From the NCBI GenBank assembly GCA_046563655.1, contig CM102283.1:4774001-4838000 (forward strand): a stretch of DNA of 64,000 nt, given 5' to 3'. Each line of letters begins with the position of its first letter. Position 1 is the stretch's first letter. Below, piece after piece: positions 62,001 through 64,000 of the stretch. The stretch is from Yuukianura sp. NJ FZ-2021. Taxonomy: Eukaryota. A model generated the notes under the pieces. It had not been told where the DNA came from. It saw only the letters and a list, made by a program, of their open reading frames with translations, and made no database searches. The position numbers and the translations under genes were made by a program.

Positions 62001-64000
62001 TGAGACTTTTAATAAATTTTCAAATTTTACGCTATAGGGACACGCTAGTAACACAGGAGCATTTCTGTGGTTTCCTGATTTTTGTGCGGTTTTTTGAAAC
62101 CAGTGTATGTAAAATAAAATTTAAAGAAAAGTTTCACCTAACATCTGACCCCAGAATCATCGTTGAAGGGATATGAGACTATTAATAAATTTTCAAATTT
62201 TACGCTATAGGGACACGCTATTTACACAGAGACATTTCTGTGGTTTCCTAATTTTTGTGCGGTTTTTTGAAACCAGTGTATGTAAAATAAAATTTAAAGA
62301 AAAGTTTCACCTAACATCTGACCCCAGAATCATCGTTGAAGGGATATGAGACTTTTAATAAATTTTCAAATTTTGCGCTATAGGGACACGCTAGTAACAC
62401 AGGAGCATTTCTGTGGTTTCCTGATTTTTGTACGGTTTTTTGAAACCAGTGTATGTAAAAAAATTTAAAGAAAAGTTTCACGTCACATCTGACCCCAGAA
62501 TCATCGTTGAAGAGATATGAGACTTTTAATAAATTTTCAAATTTTACGCTATAGGGACACGCTAGTAGTACAGGAGCATTTCTGTGGTTTCCTGACTTTT
62601 GTACGGTTTTTTGAAACCAGTGTATGTAAAATGAAATTTAAAGAAAAGTTTCAATTAACATCTGACCCCAGAATCATCGTTGAAGGGATATAAGACCTTT
62701 AATAAATTTTCGAATTTCACGCTATAGAGACACGCTAATTACACAGAAACATTTCTGTGGTTTCCTAATTTTTGTGCGGTTTTTTGAAACCAGTGTATGT
62801 AAAATGAAATTTAAAGAAAAGTTTCACCTAACATCTGACCCCAGAATCATCGTTGAAGGGATATGAGACTTTTAATAAATTTTCAAATTTTACGCTATAG
62901 GGACACGCTAGTTACACAGAGGCATTTCTGTGGTTTCCTGATTTTTGTACGGTTTTTTGAAACCAGTGTATGTAAAAAAAATTTAAAGAACAGTTTCACC
63001 TAACATCTGACCCCAGAATCATCGTTGAAAGGATATGAGACTTTTAATAAATTTTCAAATTTTACGCTATAGGGACACGCTAGTAACACAGGAGCATTTC
63101 TGTGGTTTCCTGATTTTTGTGCGGTTTTTTGAAACCAGTGTATGTAAAATAAAATTTAAAGAAAAGTTTCACCTAACATCTGACCCCAGAATCATCGTTG
63201 AAAGGATATGAGACTTTTAATAAATTTTCAAATTTTACGCTATAGGGACACGCTATTTACACAGGAGCATTTCTGTGGTTTCCTGATTTTTGTACGGTTT
63301 TTTGAAACCAGTGTATGTAAAAAAAATTTAAAGAACAGTTTTACCTAACATCTGACCCCAGAATCATCGTTGAAGGGATATGAGACCTTTAATAAATTTT
63401 CAAATATTACGCTATAGGGACACGCTAGTAACACAGGAGCATTTCTGTGGTTTCCTGATTTTTGTACGGTTTTTTGAAACCAGTGTATGTAAAAAAAAAT
63501 TTAATGAAAAGTTTCACCTAACATCTGACCCCAGAATCATCGTTGAAGGGATATGAGACCTTTAATAAATTTTCAAATTTTACGCTATAGGGACACGCTA
63601 GTAGCACAGGAGCATTTCTGTGGTTTCCTGATTTTTGTACGGTTTTTTGAAACCAGTGTATGTAAAATAAAATTTAAAGAAAAGTTTCACCTAACATCTG
63701 ACCCCAGAATCATCGTTGAAGGGATATGAGACTTTTAATAAATTTTCAAATTTTGCGCTATAGGGACACGCTAGTAACACAGGAGCATTTCTGTGGTTTC
63801 CTGATTTTTGTACGGTTTTTTGAAACCAGTGTATGTAAAAAAATTTAAAGAAAAGTTTCACGTCACATCTGACCCCAGAATCATCGTTGAAGAGATATGA
63901 GACTTTTAATAAATTTTCAAATTTTACGCTATAGGGACACGCTAGTAGTACAGGAGCATTTCTGTGGTTTCCTGATTTTTGTACGGTTTTTTGAAACCAG
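56037..64000. repeat. 173-bp satellite array (~46 monomers), runs off the window end
   Basis: 172-173 bp period; recurrent variant monomers give higher-order structure. Confidence 0.98.

Overview
Animal (probably arthropod; inferred from short 60-100 nt GT-AG introns and gene content) genomic DNA at the edge of a satellite-rich block. 1-8.5 kb: a HINE/Helentron-type 3' end, degenerate repeats, a 157-bp satellite interrupted by a Tc1/mariner-type MITE, and a 256-bp satellite. 9-24.7 kb: a compact gene island with a C2H2 zinc-finger gene (+), a TAF1C-like gene (-) and amphiphysin (+). Amphiphysin intron 1 hosts an antisense RanBP3-like gene whose coding exon carries a 798-bp palindromic MITE that looks spliceable in frame. 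After a 100-N gap: HINE fragments, a ~398-bp repeat, then a 155-bp satellite array (27.6-56.0 kb) embedded in a homologous 173-bp satellite. The 155-bp array contains three copies of a 228-bp hAT/P-type MITE (one with a nested HINE), an intact autonomous Helitron with an unusual CTTG end, and a full-length BEL/Pao retrotransposon. The BEL polyprotein is broken by a 525-bp TRIM whose LTRs each contain a tRNA-like Pol III cassette and terminal hairpins. All calls are by eye; no database searches were run.
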